DNA of 64,000 bases from an uncultured Lactobacillus sp. (GCA_947575965.1 CANPPJ010000005.1:14819-78818); one strand, 5' to 3'. Counted from the stretch's first letter, positions 47,736 through 58,684 are shown. Numbers and translations: made by a program. Notes: a model not told the origin generated them from the sequence alone.

Positions 47736-49592
47736 CTAATCTAATTCTTTTTTACCAGTGTACAACTCGTAGTAGTAGCCTTTTTGTTTTAAAAGCTCTT
47801 CATGAGTACCACGTTCAATAATATGACCATGGTCCAAAACCAAAATGAGGTCTGAGTTAACAATTGTTGATAACCGGTGAGCAATAACAAAACTAGTTCT
47901 ACCAGCAAGTAAGTTGTCCATACCGGCTTGAACCATACGTTCAGTTCTAGTATCAATACTTGAAGTTGCCTCATCTAGAATCATTACCGGCTCATCCGCA
48001 ATCATCGCTCTAGCAATACTGAGCAGTTGCATTTGACCTTGAGACAAATCGCCGCCATCACCATCAATTACAGTTTCATATCCGTCATCAAGTTCATGAA
48101 TAAACTCATCTGCATGTGCTAAACGAGCAGCTTGATATACTTCATCATCACTGGCATCAGGCTTACCAAAACGAATATTATCCATAATCGTTCCAGTAAA
48201 GAGGTGGGTTTCTTGTAAAACAATCGACAAAGAATGTCTTAAATCATTTTTTCTAATTTGAGAAATTGGAACACCATCATAGGTTATCTTTCCAGATTGA
48301 ATCTCATAGAAACGATTAAGCATATTTGAAATAGTCGTCTTACCGGCACCAGTTTCACCAACTAACGCAACTTTCATTCCTGGTTTTGCATTAATATTGA
48401 TATCGTACAAAATTTGATGTTCTGGAACATATGAAAAGTTAACGTGGTCAAAAACAATATGTCCCTTAATTGGTACTTTTTTAATGTCACCATTCTTTTC
48501 TGGAACATCCCAATACCAACTATTTTTAACTTTGTCATTTGGAGACATGATAACATCGCCATTATCAACTTCAGAAGGCTCATCTTCTAGTTCAAAAATT
48601 CTTTGAGCACCAGCTAAAGCTAAAACAATTGAATTCAATTGTTGGGAAATTTGTGCAATCGGCATACTAAACTGACGTGATAACTGTAAGAAAGATGCAA
48701 TTGCACCTAAAGTTAAAGGAGCCCAACCATTAATTGCAGCCGCGCCTCCAATAAAGGCAATCAAAACATACAATAGGTTTCCCATATTACCCATGATTGG
48801 GAATAAAATTGTGGCATATGTATTGGCTTTTCCAGAAGCTTCACGCAATTCTTCATTAAACTTATCAAAGCCTTCTTCAGCTTCCGGTTCATGTGAGAAA
48901 ACTTTAATGACCTTTAAGCCATTAAGCATTTCTTCATCATAACCATTAATTTGACCTAATTTATTTTGTTGAACTTTGAAGTAATGACTAGATCTAACTG
49001 TTAAAAATCTAACAATTCCAAAGGATAAAGCAAAAATAATAAATGAGAACAAAGTCAATTGCCAGCTTAAACTAAACATAGCTACAATAACAAAAATCAA
49101 GCTTAGTGCCGAGTTTAAGAATTGAGGTAATGATTGGGAAATCATCTGCATCAAGGTATCGATATCGTTAGTATACCGACTCATGATATCCCCATAGTTA
49201 TTTTGGTCAAAATAAGCAATTGGTAAAGATTCCATATGGGTAAATGTTTCATTACGAACCCGGAACTGGACTTTTTGGGCTAATACCCCCATCAACATAC
49301 TAAATAAGTAGTTAGAAAGGAATCCAATTGCATAGATGCCAAACATTACTAAAATGGCGTTTAAAAGTGGTCCATAATTCGGAACTTTTTCATGTAAGAG
49401 TGGTGTTACGTAAGTATCAATCAGTCGCTCAATAAATAGTGATCCAATTACAGCAGAAGCAGCTGCTAAAATAATAGTAATTATTGAAACAACCAACATC
49501 CAAGGGCTCGTTGTCAAAACTAATTTTAATAAACGACCAAGGACTTTTATTCGGTTTCCTTTAGGTTGTGTTTTTTCTTTTACTTGATCCAT
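47736..49592 (-). CDS. Heterodimeric multidrug-type ABC exporter, subunit B (TMD+NBD)
   Basis: GETGAGKT, LSQGQ, LDEATS and IAHRL motifs. Confidence 0.92.
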   Translation of the reverse strand: MDQVKEKTQPKGNRIKVLGRLLKLVLTTSPWMLVVSIITIILAAASAVIGSLFIERLIDTYVTPLLHEKVPNYGPLLNAILVMFGIYAIGFLSNYLFSMLMGVLAQKVQFRVRNETFTHMESLPIAYFDQNNYGDIMSRYTNDIDTLMQMISQSLPQFLNSALSLIFVIVAMFSLSWQLTLFSFIIFALSFGIVRFLTVRSSHYFKVQQNKLGQINGYDEEMLNGLKVIKVFSHEPEAEEGFDKFNEELREASGKANTYATILFPIMGNMGNLLYVLIAFIGGAAAINGWAPLTLGAIASFLQLSRQFSMPIAQISQQLNSIVLALAGAQRIFELEDEPSEVDNGDVIMSPNDKVKNSWYWDVPEKNGDIKKVPIKGHIVFDHVNFSYVPEHQILYDININAKPGMKVALVGETGAGKTTISNMLNRFYEIQSGKITYDGVPISQIRKNDLRHSLSIVLQETHLFTGTIMDNIRFGKPDASDDEVYQAARLAHADEFIHELDDGYETVIDGDGGDLSQGQMQLLSIARAMIADEPVMILDEATSSIDTRTERMVQAGMDNLLAGRTSFVIAHRLSTIVNSDLILVLDHGHIIERGTHEELLKQKGYYYELYTGKKELD

Positions 49593-49605
49593 AACTTACT
49601 CTCAC

Positions 49606-51336
49606 CTACTTTCCCGCATTATTTTCTTCTTGGAACTTAGCAATTGAACGATAAAGTTCATTGGTTTTCATTAATTCTTCGTGGGTTCCAATTGATTGAA
49701 TCTTACCATGATCCATAACAATAATTCGATCTGCATCCTTAATGGAAACAACTCTTTGGGAAATAATAATCTTAGTAGTGTGCGGCATGTCTTTTGCTAA
49801 GGATTCACGAATTTCACGCTCAGTTGTCGTATCCACAGCAGAGGTTGAATCATCTAGAATTAAAATTTCCGGATTCTTCAAAAGTGCACGAGCAATAGTC
49901 AAACGTTGTTTTTGTCCACCAGAAACATTATTTCCGCCTTGTTCGATCATTGTATTATAGCCATCTGGCATTTCGCGGATAAAGCCATCTGCATGAGCAA
50001 CCTTAGCTGCAGCTACAACTTCTTCATGTGTTGCATTTTCATTTCCCCATTTCAAGTTTTCTTCAACAGTTCCACTAAACAAAACATTCTTTTGTAAAAC
50101 CATTGCAACTTTATCACGAAGGGCCTTCAATTCGTATGATTTAACATTATGTCCAGCTACTCTAACCGCACCAGATGTTACATCATAAAGCCGAGGAATC
50201 ATTGAAACTAAAGTCGATTTAGATGATCCAGTCTCACCAATAATACCAATTGTTTCACCAGGGGTAATGTGTAGGTTAATATCCTCTAAAGCATAATGTT
50301 TCTCATCTGGTGAGTATTTGAAGTTAACATGATCAAAAACAATATCTCCATTAGTTACGTCCTTAAGAGGTTTTCGTGGATTTTCGATTGCTGGCTTTTC
50401 GGTTAAGACCGCTGCAATACGTTTACCACTAGCTTCAGAAATAACTAATTGAGTAGTGATCATAGCTAGAATATTCAAACTAAACAAAACAGAGTTTGAA
50501 TATGAAAACATAGAAACTAATTGTCCAGTTTGCAAACTTCCACCAACGATTTCCTTAGCACCAAACCAGCAAATCGCTAAAGTAGAAATGTTAAGAACAG
50601 CCATTACAACCAACGCATTAAGCGACATAATTTTCTGCGCTGTTGAGAATAATTTATAAATAAAGCCAGAAGACTTCTCAAACTTTTCAATTTGAGATTC
50701 TTCTTGTACGTAAGTCTTTACTTCACGAATCCCACGAATATTTTCACGAACATCTTGGTTCATTACATCATATCCTCTAAAAATACGTGGAAAGTAAGGA
50801 TATGCACTTTTAATAATTAATGCCAAAATTAAAACAAAGATAGGAGCGATTACCAAAAAAATCAAAGATAGCCTTGGACTAATGATAATCGACATAATAA
50901 TTGAAAAAATCAGCATTAGCGGTGCACGAACAGCGATTCTAATTAACATTTGATAGGCATTTTGAACATTGGTTACATCTGTAGTAAGTCGTGTTACCAA
51001 GCTGGCACTAGAAAACTTATCAATATTGCTAAAAGAAAAACCTTGGATATGGTAAAACATATCTTTTCTCAAATTAGCCGCAAAACCTGCTGCCGCGTGT
51101 GCAGAAACATAACTGGCACTTGCACCCAAAGCTAAAGAAATTAAGGTTAGCACGAAAAGAATTAGGCCCCACTTATTGATATAGCCCATATTTCCTTTCA
51201 TAATTCCCCTATCAATTAGAATACCAACCAAGTACGGGATCAACATTTCAATTAAAGCTTCACCTGCAACTAGGACTGGGGAAGTCAACGACAATTTTTT
51301 GTATTGTCTAACTGACTTACGCAACACATTAACCAT
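49606..51336 (-). CDS. Heterodimeric multidrug-type ABC exporter, subunit A (degenerate site)
   Basis: SGGQKQR, LDDSTSAVD and ISQR (non-canonical Walker B and H-switch). Confidence 0.92.
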   Translation of the reverse strand: MVNVLRKSVRQYKKLSLTSPVLVAGEALIEMLIPYLVGILIDRGIMKGNMGYINKWGLILFVLTLISLALGASASYVSAHAAAGFAANLRKDMFYHIQGFSFSNIDKFSSASLVTRLTTDVTNVQNAYQMLIRIAVRAPLMLIFSIIMSIIISPRLSLIFLVIAPIFVLILALIIKSAYPYFPRIFRGYDVMNQDVRENIRGIREVKTYVQEESQIEKFEKSSGFIYKLFSTAQKIMSLNALVVMAVLNISTLAICWFGAKEIVGGSLQTGQLVSMFSYSNSVLFSLNILAMITTQLVISEASGKRIAAVLTEKPAIENPRKPLKDVTNGDIVFDHVNFKYSPDEKHYALEDINLHITPGETIGIIGETGSSKSTLVSMIPRLYDVTSGAVRVAGHNVKSYELKALRDKVAMVLQKNVLFSGTVEENLKWGNENATHEEVVAAAKVAHADGFIREMPDGYNTMIEQGGNNVSGGQKQRLTIARALLKNPEILILDDSTSAVDTTTEREIRESLAKDMPHTTKIIISQRVVSIKDADRIIVMDHGKIQSIGTHEELMKTNELYRSIAKFQEENNAGK

Positions 51337-51471
51337 ATAAAACCCCCGTTCTTTACTTAAAAAAGATAAAAATAAATAGACGCCTCGCGCCGTCTATTCA
51401 CTCCCCTAACAAATAAATTATTTGTTATCTTTATTTATACTGTAGACTAATTTAAATAAATAGTCACGTTT

Positions 51472-52305
51472 TTAATTTCGACGATTTTGTCTTCTAGCGG
51501 CAATTTCATTTTGACGCTTAATTTGCAATGGATCAACAACATGGTACTTTTGACGGAACCATCTGCGAACAAAGAAAGCAATTACCGCTAAAACAATGTA
51601 AACCCATGGGTTTAATACAGGGTTAATCACCCGCATAAATGGCATTGATGTAAATGTAATCCAAACCATTATGATTCCGACTAAAAATACACCTATTAAA
51701 ATAATTTGCCACATTGGTGGACGTTTACTTTTATCCCTAGTAATTAAATCATTATAGTATGCCATTAAAATACCAAATAAAATTGTAACTGATGCAACAG
51801 TTAAAATACCCATTTGTTGCATACCATCTTGTTGCTTAGAACTGTTGTTAAATAGTTGAACTACACCAAAGAATCCGGCAAAGATAACAAAGTACAATAA
51901 ACCATTATCTACGGCATGCATCCAAAACTTAGTCTTAGGTGCTTCTTTTTTAGGATTAGCAATTTCAATTGCTTTTTCTCTTGGAGCTTTTTGATATAAG
52001 TTAGATGCTGGAATTCCTTTACGTTGCGCAACAATAATTTCTGGCAAAATTTGATCAATTGCTGGCTCAACTTGATCCATAGTATAGTTTTGATCCTCTG
52101 TCAAAAACTTCTCCAAACGAAAAATGTAATCTTGGTTTTTATTACTTAACTTATTACGCAATTCTTTTGGAGACATCTTTTTAATCTCTTCATCACGAGA
52201 ATTTTGTTCATGCGCCTTCTTTAATTTTTCTTGTTGCGCATTACCTACTGTTGAGTTCTTGGCAGCTTCAGTATTTTCACTTTTATTTTGATCTTTTGGA
52301 TCCAT
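51472..52305 (-). CDS. DUF1129-like membrane protein
   Basis: LSNKNQDY..., Q-KG-PA--LY motif, three C-terminal TM helices; position downstream of ychF. Confidence 0.8.
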   Translation of the reverse strand: MDPKDQNKSENTEAAKNSTVGNAQQEKLKKAHEQNSRDEEIKKMSPKELRNKLSNKNQDYIFRLEKFLTEDQNYTMDQVEPAIDQILPEIIVAQRKGIPASNLYQKAPREKAIEIANPKKEAPKTKFWMHAVDNGLLYFVIFAGFFGVVQLFNNSSKQQDGMQQMGILTVASVTILFGILMAYYNDLITRDKSKRPPMWQIILIGVFLVGIIMVWITFTSMPFMRVINPVLNPWVYIVLAVIAFFVRRWFRQKYHVVDPLQIKRQNEIAARRQNRRN

Positions 52306-52316
52306 TCAAAAAACTC

Positions 52317-53417
52317 CTAAACATTAAATCTAAATTCAATAATATCACCGTCTTGAACTACATAGTCTTTTCCTTCAAGACGAAGCTTTCCAGCCTCTTT
52401 CACTTTTTGCATGGTTTCAAGTTCATTTAAATCATCAAATGAAACAACTTCTGCTCGAATAAATCCACGTTCAAAGTCTGAGTGAATAACACCGGCAACT
52501 TGTGGTGCTTTCATGCCTTCATGGAAAGTCCATGCACGAGTTTCAGGACCACCAGCAGTAAAGAAAGTACGTAGACCTAAAATGTGGTAAGCAGCCTTAA
52601 TCAAACGATCAAGCCCAGATTCTTCAACGCCTTCCATTTCAAGAAATTCTTTTCTTTCATCTTCATCCATTGAAGCAATTTCTTCTTCAGTAGCAGCACT
52701 AATTCCTAAAGCCTCTGCATTTTCACTTTCAGCATGTTTTTTGACAATTTGGTAGTACTTATCGCTTTCTGGATCAGCCATTGAACTTTCAGCAATATTA
52801 GCAACATAAATAACTGGTTTAGAAGTAAGTAAGAATAGTCCCTTAACGATCTTTTGTTCATCTTCATTAAAGTCAATTGAGCGAGCAGCCTTACCTTCTT
52901 CAAGAACTGGTTTTAATTTATTTAAAACGGCTAATTCAGCCTTAGCTTCCTTATCGCCTTGCTGAGCAACCTTTTGCACTTTTCCAATTCTACGGTTAAC
53001 TGCATCTAGGTCCGCAATCGCTAATTCAAGATTAATTGTGTTGATGTCTTCTTCTGGATCAACCTTACCAGTAACTGAAGTAATGTTGTCATCATCAAAA
53101 GCTCTTACTACGTGAACAATTGCATCAGTTTGACGGATATTTTCGAGGAACTTATTTCCAAGTCCTTCACCTTTTGATGCGCCTTTTACCAAACCAGCAA
53201 TATCAGTAAATTCAAATGTAGTATGAACAATCTTCTTAGCTGGAATTAATTCTTGAATACGAGCTAGACGACTATCTGGAACTTCAACCATCCCCACATT
53301 TGGCTCGATTGTGGCAAATGGATAGTTTGCCATTTCGGCACCAGCTTTAGTAATCGCGTTAAACAAAGTAGACTTACCAACATTTGGTAATCCAACAATA
53401 CCTGCAGTTAATGACAT
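52317..53417 (-). CDS. ychF: Redox-regulated ATPase YchF
   Basis: GLPNVGKSTLFNA, NYPFATIEPN, DIAGLVKGAS and TGS domain. Confidence 0.97.
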   Translation of the reverse strand: MSLTAGIVGLPNVGKSTLFNAITKAGAEMANYPFATIEPNVGMVEVPDSRLARIQELIPAKKIVHTTFEFTDIAGLVKGASKGEGLGNKFLENIRQTDAIVHVVRAFDDDNITSVTGKVDPEEDINTINLELAIADLDAVNRRIGKVQKVAQQGDKEAKAELAVLNKLKPVLEEGKAARSIDFNEDEQKIVKGLFLLTSKPVIYVANIAESSMADPESDKYYQIVKKHAESENAEALGISAATEEEIASMDEDERKEFLEMEGVEESGLDRLIKAAYHILGLRTFFTAGGPETRAWTFHEGMKAPQVAGVIHSDFERGFIRAEVVSFDDLNELETMQKVKEAGKLRLEGKDYVVQDGDIIEFRFNV

Positions 53418-53439
53418 ATTATTCTCCTCTTAATTGGTT

Positions 53440-53688
53440 TTATTCAAAGTGTGGTACAGCAATATTTTCCTTAGGAACATAATATTCCTCTTTTAAGTTA
53501 ACAGGATCATTTGCTGCATGCAGCACTTTTTTTAATTTTTTATTGAATTCTGCTCGAGGCATCATAATTAAATGACCACACCCTAAGCACTTAATGCGAA
53601 TGTCTGCACCCATTCGCAAGATTTCCCACTTATTTTCACCACATGCATGTGGTTTTTTCATCTGTACTACATCGCCCAAATGATACAT
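53440..53688 (-). CDS. DUF951 (YyzM-like) protein
   Basis: MKKPHACG...R-GADIRIKC-GCG motif. Confidence 0.9.
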   Translation of the reverse strand: MYHLGDVVQMKKPHACGENKWEILRMGADIRIKCLGCGHLIMMPRAEFNKKLKKVLHAANDPVNLKEEYYVPKENIAVPHFE

Positions 53689-53707
53689 GAAAAATCACTC
53701 CTATTAA

Positions 53708-54589
53708 TTATTTATCTAAATTAATTCCTAGTAAATCCAAAATTCGATTTAATTCATCCGTTGATGAAAAATCAATGGCTAAATGACCATTTCCTTTTTT
53801 ACCTTCGGTAATATTTACACTAGTACCAAATTTATCAGTTAATTGTGATTCACTAGCCCTAATGAAAGCTGATTTTTTAATAGCTTTTTTCTTAGGCTTC
53901 TTTTCTTTTTCGTTTAATTTAGCTACTAGTGACTCTAATTGACGAACTGTAATTCCGTTCTTAACTACTTTTCTGGCCAAGTCATCAATACTGTCCTTAT
54001 CTTTCAGACCAAGCAATGTTCTTGCTTGCCCCATTGATAGCTCTCCTCTTTGAAGGAGCCGTTTTGTTTTTTGAGGCAAAGTAAGGAGGCGAAGATAATT
54101 AGCAATATAGGGGCGAGATTTTCCTAATCTTTTAGAAACTTCTGCTTGAGTTAATCCTAAATTCTTTTGCAGCATCTCATAAGCTTGCGCTTCTTCTAAT
54201 GGTGTTAAGTCTTCACGTTGCAAGTTTTCTAAAACTGCAACTTCCATCATTTGTGCTTCATCAAAGTCTCGGATGATGGCTGGAATTGTTTTCTTCTTAG
54301 CTAACTTAGAAGCACGAAAACGACGTTCACCGGCAATAATTTCGTAACCATTAACGGATTTCCGAATAATAATTGGTTGGAAAACACCATTTTCTTTAAT
54401 CGATTCGGAAAGTTCCTTTAAGCTTTTATTGTCAAACGTTTTTCTTGGTTGATAAGGATTAGGTCTAATTTCATCTAAAGAGATTTCAGTAATCTCCTCA
54501 GTTTCTTGAACTTGTGGGCTCTCATCAAATAAAGCTTCTAAGCCTCGTCCAAGACCACGTTTTTTAGGTTCTTTAGAGTTTTTTACCAT
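53708..54589 (-). CDS. parB: Chromosome partition protein ParB/Spo0J
   Basis: GLGRGL, PNPYQPR, IAGERRFRA and ENLQREDL motifs. Confidence 0.95.
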   Translation of the reverse strand: MVKNSKEPKKRGLGRGLEALFDESPQVQETEEITEISLDEIRPNPYQPRKTFDNKSLKELSESIKENGVFQPIIIRKSVNGYEIIAGERRFRASKLAKKKTIPAIIRDFDEAQMMEVAVLENLQREDLTPLEEAQAYEMLQKNLGLTQAEVSKRLGKSRPYIANYLRLLTLPQKTKRLLQRGELSMGQARTLLGLKDKDSIDDLARKVVKNGITVRQLESLVAKLNEKEKKPKKKAIKKSAFIRASESQLTDKFGTSVNITEGKKGNGHLAIDFSSTDELNRILDLLGINLDK

Positions 54590-55346
54590 GAGCTTTCAAC
54601 ACCTCTTTTGCTAGAGAATCATATACTTGGGAACCGCGAGATTTTGGAGCGTATTCCGTAATTGGTTTACCATAACTTGGAGCTTCAGCTAACTTGGTAA
54701 TTCGCGGAATAATTGTCTTATAAACCTTTTTATTAAAGTAAGATTGAACTTCTTTAACAACTTCTGCTCCTAAATTAGTTCTAGCATCCAGCATGGTTAG
54801 CAATACACCTTCCACACCCAAATTCTTGTTAAAGTGCTTTTGGACTAAGCGAATTGTATTCAATAACTGGCTTAGGCCTTCCATTGCATAATATTCACTT
54901 TGAACTGGGATCAAAATCGAATCTGAAGCAGTAAAAGCATTGATTGAAAGCTGACCTAAAGATGGAGGACAATCAATCAAAATAAAGTCATATTCATGGT
55001 TAACCTCATCGATTCCCTGCTTCAATCTTGTTTCACGTGCCATCATTGATGTTAATTCCATTTCAGCACCAGCTAATTGAATAGTAGCAGGAACTGCATC
55101 TAAATTTTTAGTTTCCGTATGATGAATGGTTTCAGATAAAGGAATTTCATCAATCAAAACATTATAGATATCTTTATCTACAGTTGACTTTTCAATACCT
55201 AAACCAGAAGTTGCATTTCCCTGGGGATCAATATCAACTATTAAAACTTTATAACCATGATTTGCAATGCTGGCACCTAAATTAATCGTCGTCGTTGTTT
55301 TACCAACGCCACCTTTTTGGTTAGCAACCGAAATAATTTGAACCAT
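54573..55346 (-). CDS. parA: Chromosome partition ATPase ParA/Soj
   Basis: NQKGGVGKTTT, DPQGNAT, DCPPSLG and EAPSYG motifs. Confidence 0.95.
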   Translation of the reverse strand: MVQIISVANQKGGVGKTTTTINLGASIANHGYKVLIVDIDPQGNATSGLGIEKSTVDKDIYNVLIDEIPLSETIHHTETKNLDAVPATIQLAGAEMELTSMMARETRLKQGIDEVNHEYDFILIDCPPSLGQLSINAFTASDSILIPVQSEYYAMEGLSQLLNTIRLVQKHFNKNLGVEGVLLTMLDARTNLGAEVVKEVQSYFNKKVYKTIIPRITKLAEAPSYGKPITEYAPKSRGSQVYDSLAKEVLKAHGKKL

Positions 55347-55361
55347 ATCTACTCCCTTTGC

Positions 55362-56237
55362 CTACTTTTTAAGCAATTCAATAGTAATTTTATAGAAATC
55401 ACCTTTTTTATCTTCTTTGTATTTCACGGTCATTCCTGAATCTTTTGCCATCTTAATTGCTTTTTTAATTGTATTTATTTGTACTTTAAAATCATTAGCT
55501 GTCCGAACCTGAACTTTCTTCTTAGGCTTTTTAGTTTGTTCAGTTTTATTCTCTTCGAGCGCTTTTTCTTTTTCTTGAGCGGTAAAATAACCATCAAGAT
55601 CTTTTACCATCTCTTCAGTTTCTTTTACAGTTAAGCCACTTTTAATAACCTCGCTAACAGCAGTATCTTGATCTTCTTCATTCAAAGCTAAAAGTGCACG
55701 GCCATGACGTTGAGAAATCTTTTTATCAATTAAGAATCCTTGTACTTTAGGTGTTAGCTTAAGTAATCTTATCTTATTAGCAATGTAAGATTGGGTCTTC
55801 CCCATTTGTTCTGCTAATTCAGTTTGAGTTAAATTATTAACCTTCATCAATTGAACGTAAGCTTGTGCTTCATCAATAGGATTAAGATTTTCGCGTTGTA
55901 AATTTTCAACTAAGGCCAAAGAGGCTGCTTTTTCATCATCCATATCTTCAACAATTGCTGGAATTTTTGCCCATTTAAGTGATTGAGCAGCGCGAAAACG
56001 ACGTTCACCGGCGATGATTTCATATTCCCCTTCAGGACCATCAGCTGGCTTACGCAAAATAATAGGTTGTAATAAACCCTGTTCTTTTAGTGTAGTAGCT
56101 AATTCCTCAATTGATTCATCACTAAAAGTATGACGTGGCTGATAGCGATTAGGCATAATTTTATCGAGTTCAATTTCTTGAACTTGTTTACTTTCAGGGA
56201 TTTTTTTTTGACGATTGCCAAATAATGAAAATGCCAT
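55362..56237 (-). CDS. noc: Nucleoid occlusion protein (ParB-like)
   Basis: ParB-like domain with amphipathic N-terminus MAFSLFG; located between rsmG and parA. Confidence 0.85.
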   Translation of the reverse strand: MAFSLFGNRQKKIPESKQVQEIELDKIMPNRYQPRHTFSDESIEELATTLKEQGLLQPIILRKPADGPEGEYEIIAGERRFRAAQSLKWAKIPAIVEDMDDEKAASLALVENLQRENLNPIDEAQAYVQLMKVNNLTQTELAEQMGKTQSYIANKIRLLKLTPKVQGFLIDKKISQRHGRALLALNEEDQDTAVSEVIKSGLTVKETEEMVKDLDGYFTAQEKEKALEENKTEQTKKPKKKVQVRTANDFKVQINTIKKAIKMAKDSGMTVKYKEDKKGDFYKITIELLKK

Positions 56238-56258
56238 AAATTATTCCTCCAATTAAAT

Positions 56259-56978
56259 TTAAAGTGGTTTTTTATTCGGTGTACCAGCTTGACGTGGATA
56301 TTTCTTAGGAGTTGCTTTTATTTTTTCAACAGCAATTAAAGTACGGTCATCATCTGTATCAGGAAGAGTTAATTCTTTCACATCTTCTACTTTTCCTCCC
56401 AACACATCAATCGCATGCTTAGCTTCCGCTAATTCATCTTGTGCCTTGGGTCCTTTTAGAGCAACTAAATAGCCACCAACCTTTGCTAGTGGTAAACAAT
56501 ATTCACTTAAAACACTCATCCTTGCTACAGCACGTCCAGTTACCAAATCAAACTTTTCGCGTAAGTCTTTATTTTGACCGGCATCTTCTGCACGGCTATG
56601 AACTAAAGTAACTTTATCTAAACCTAAGTCGTTTACAAGTTCATCTAAAAATTTCAGTCTTTTTCCTAAAGAATCAACAATGGTAATACTTAAGTTAGGA
56701 CACAAAATCTTAATCGGTAAAGAAGGAAAACCTGCTCCCGCCCCAACATCACATAAAGTTTTTTCACCTTTAAATAGGTCTGGAAATTCTAAGAGCGGAG
56801 TAATGCTATCAAAGAAGTGCTTTAAGTAAACCTCATTTTTATCAGTAATTCTGGTAAGATTAACCTTTTTATTAAATTCAACTAATTTATCATAGTATGT
56901 CGCAAATTGTTTTTTTTGCTTATCATTAAGTTCAAAGCCATATTTTGCGAGCTCTTTTGCAAAAATTTCTGGATTCAT
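56259..56978 (-). CDS. rsmG: 16S rRNA m7G527 methyltransferase
   Basis: [25 protein letters not shown] and YPR motifs. Confidence 0.96.
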   Translation of the reverse strand: MNPEIFAKELAKYGFELNDKQKKQFATYYDKLVEFNKKVNLTRITDKNEVYLKHFFDSITPLLEFPDLFKGEKTLCDVGAGAGFPSLPIKILCPNLSITIVDSLGKRLKFLDELVNDLGLDKVTLVHSRAEDAGQNKDLREKFDLVTGRAVARMSVLSEYCLPLAKVGGYLVALKGPKAQDELAEAKHAIDVLGGKVEDVKELTLPDTDDDRTLIAVEKIKATPKKYPRQAGTPNKKPL

Positions 56979-57176
56979 TTTTCACCCGTGAAACCTAGTT
57001 TCACACTCCTAATTTACCGCAATTAAAGGCGGTTAACAACACTATTATCATCATAAACTAACGTATTTAATTATGTAGTATTTTTTAAGAATCGTCAAAA
57101 AACAACTAAGTCTTTAAAAATATGTATTTAAATTAAAATCGATAAGCTATAATGATTAGCAAAAGGAGTTAAATTC

Positions 57177-57713
57177 ATGATTGTTACGCTTATTGTGATT
57201 CTTTATCTCGGTTATCAAACTTATAAAGGATATCAACTGGGATTTGCTCAACGTGTTATTAATATGATTTTTGGTGCAATTGTATTTGCAGCAGCTATTC
57301 TAGGCCAAAACAGCCTAGGAAATTGGTTCTATGAACAATTCTCTGGTAAGGTTGTTCCTACAACTGGCAACATTAGTCTTGAAATAATCGGTTACCGTTT
57401 CTTAGCCTTCTTTGTAATTTGGTTTATCGGTAAAATGATTTTAAAAATTTTCAAGGGTTGGCTTCCTAAACGTGACCGCACTAAAAAGGGAATCGGTAAT
57501 CTATTAGACAATGTTTTAGGCGCAATAGTATCTTTTATCGCCGCTTACTTCTTAGTTTACGTAGCCTTATCAATGTGCCAAGCCTTTCAAAATCCTTGGT
57601 TTATTCAACAAACAGTTGATTCACCAATTTTACGAGTAATTATTTATAACACACCAGGCCTATCAAATGGCGTATTTAAGACAATATTTGGTATTAGTCG
57701 AACAGTTGGTTAA
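57177..57713 (+). CDS. CvpA family membrane protein
   Basis: YKGYQLGF and LLDNVLGA motifs; four TM helices. Confidence 0.8.
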   Translation: MIVTLIVILYLGYQTYKGYQLGFAQRVINMIFGAIVFAAAILGQNSLGNWFYEQFSGKVVPTTGNISLEIIGYRFLAFFVIWFIGKMILKIFKGWLPKRDRTKKGIGNLLDNVLGAIVSFIAAYFLVYVALSMCQAFQNPWFIQQTVDSPILRVIIYNTPGLSNGVFKTIFGISRTVG

Positions 57714-57723
57714 AATACTCAGA

Positions 57724-57759
57724 AAAAATAGGATTCGGAGTTACCGAATCCTATTTTTT
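57724..57759. terminator. Bidirectional terminator
   Basis: AAAAAATAGGATTCGG...CCGAATCCTATTTTTT. Confidence 0.85.
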
Positions 57760-58684
57760 ATACACCAATTCTTTCCATTGAATCATCGTCATATACAAAG
57801 ATTGCACCATAGCGACCTGCTTTATCATTTTTCCAGCCTGGAATAGGTCGCCCGGCAAAAAATAGTCGCTTACATTCAATTTCAGCTTGAACAGAATCAC
57901 GGGTAAACAACGTTACACCAGCCACATGCGTCTTAACTGGATATCCAGTCTTAGGATCAATAATATGATGGTATTTTTTCCCATTAATTTCTAAAAAACG
58001 CTCATACGTCCCACTCGTTACAGCAGAACATTCATGAACAGTAGCTGTTGTGAGATTATTGCCGCGTTTCTTTTTCGGATCTTGTACGCCAAGAATCCAT
58101 TCTCCGCTTACTCTTTTAGGAGAATTATTTACAAATAAAACATTTCCCCCTAGATTAATGATCCCAGCACGAACATCATAGGCATGCCATAAATCTCTAA
58201 TTCTATCGGCGATGTATCCTTTAGCGATTCCTCCTAAATCAAGTTCCATTCCTTTTTTAGTTAAAAAGACAGTCTGATTATCATCATCTAATCTAACATC
58301 TGCTGGATTCGTTAGACTCATCTTTTCTTTAATTTGTTCATCCGTTGGAACATGTGCTCCTTTAAAACCAATATGCCATAATTTCACAACTGGTCCAATC
58401 AGAGCGTTAAAACCGAAATTTTGTTTACTTTCATAAACAGCTAACTTAATTAGATTATACGTACTTGCAGAAACTTGCACAGGACGAATACCAGCCGCAT
58501 GATTAATATCCATTACCTCAGAATGATCCCGATTTACTGTTAATCGATCTTCATATCCGGCAATCAAATCAAAACTCTGATCCAAAATCTTCTTATTTTG
58601 GTCGCCATAAATTTGCAGCGTGATAACAGTTCCTAATCCACGTCCAACTTTTGAAGTTGGAGTTGAAGCATAATTCTCTATCAT
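57758..58684 (-). CDS. ApbE-family FAD:protein FMN transferase without a signal peptide
   Basis: DLGGIAKGY, NLGGNV, TSGTYER and HHIIDPKTG motifs. Confidence 0.88.
   Translation of the reverse strand: MIENYASTPTSKVGRGLGTVITLQIYGDQNKKILDQSFDLIAGYEDRLTVNRDHSEVMDINHAAGIRPVQVSASTYNLIKLAVYESKQNFGFNALIGPVVKLWHIGFKGAHVPTDEQIKEKMSLTNPADVRLDDDNQTVFLTKKGMELDLGGIAKGYIADRIRDLWHAYDVRAGIINLGGNVLFVNNSPKRVSGEWILGVQDPKKKRGNNLTTATVHECSAVTSGTYERFLEINGKKYHHIIDPKTGYPVKTHVAGVTLFTRDSVQAEIECKRLFFAGRPIPGWKNDKAGRYGAIFVYDDDSMERIGV

Noticed and set aside
52317-56978. Proximity to oriC implied by rsmG-noc-parAB
   Set aside because: No dnaA, mnmG, mnmE or DnaA-box cluster is present; to my knowledge this cluster is commonly detached from the origin in lactobacilli.
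56979-57005. parS site near parAB
   Set aside because: TTTCACCCGTGAAAC has two extra central bases relative to TGTTNCACGTGAAACA, and the other palindrome has the half-sites in reverse order.
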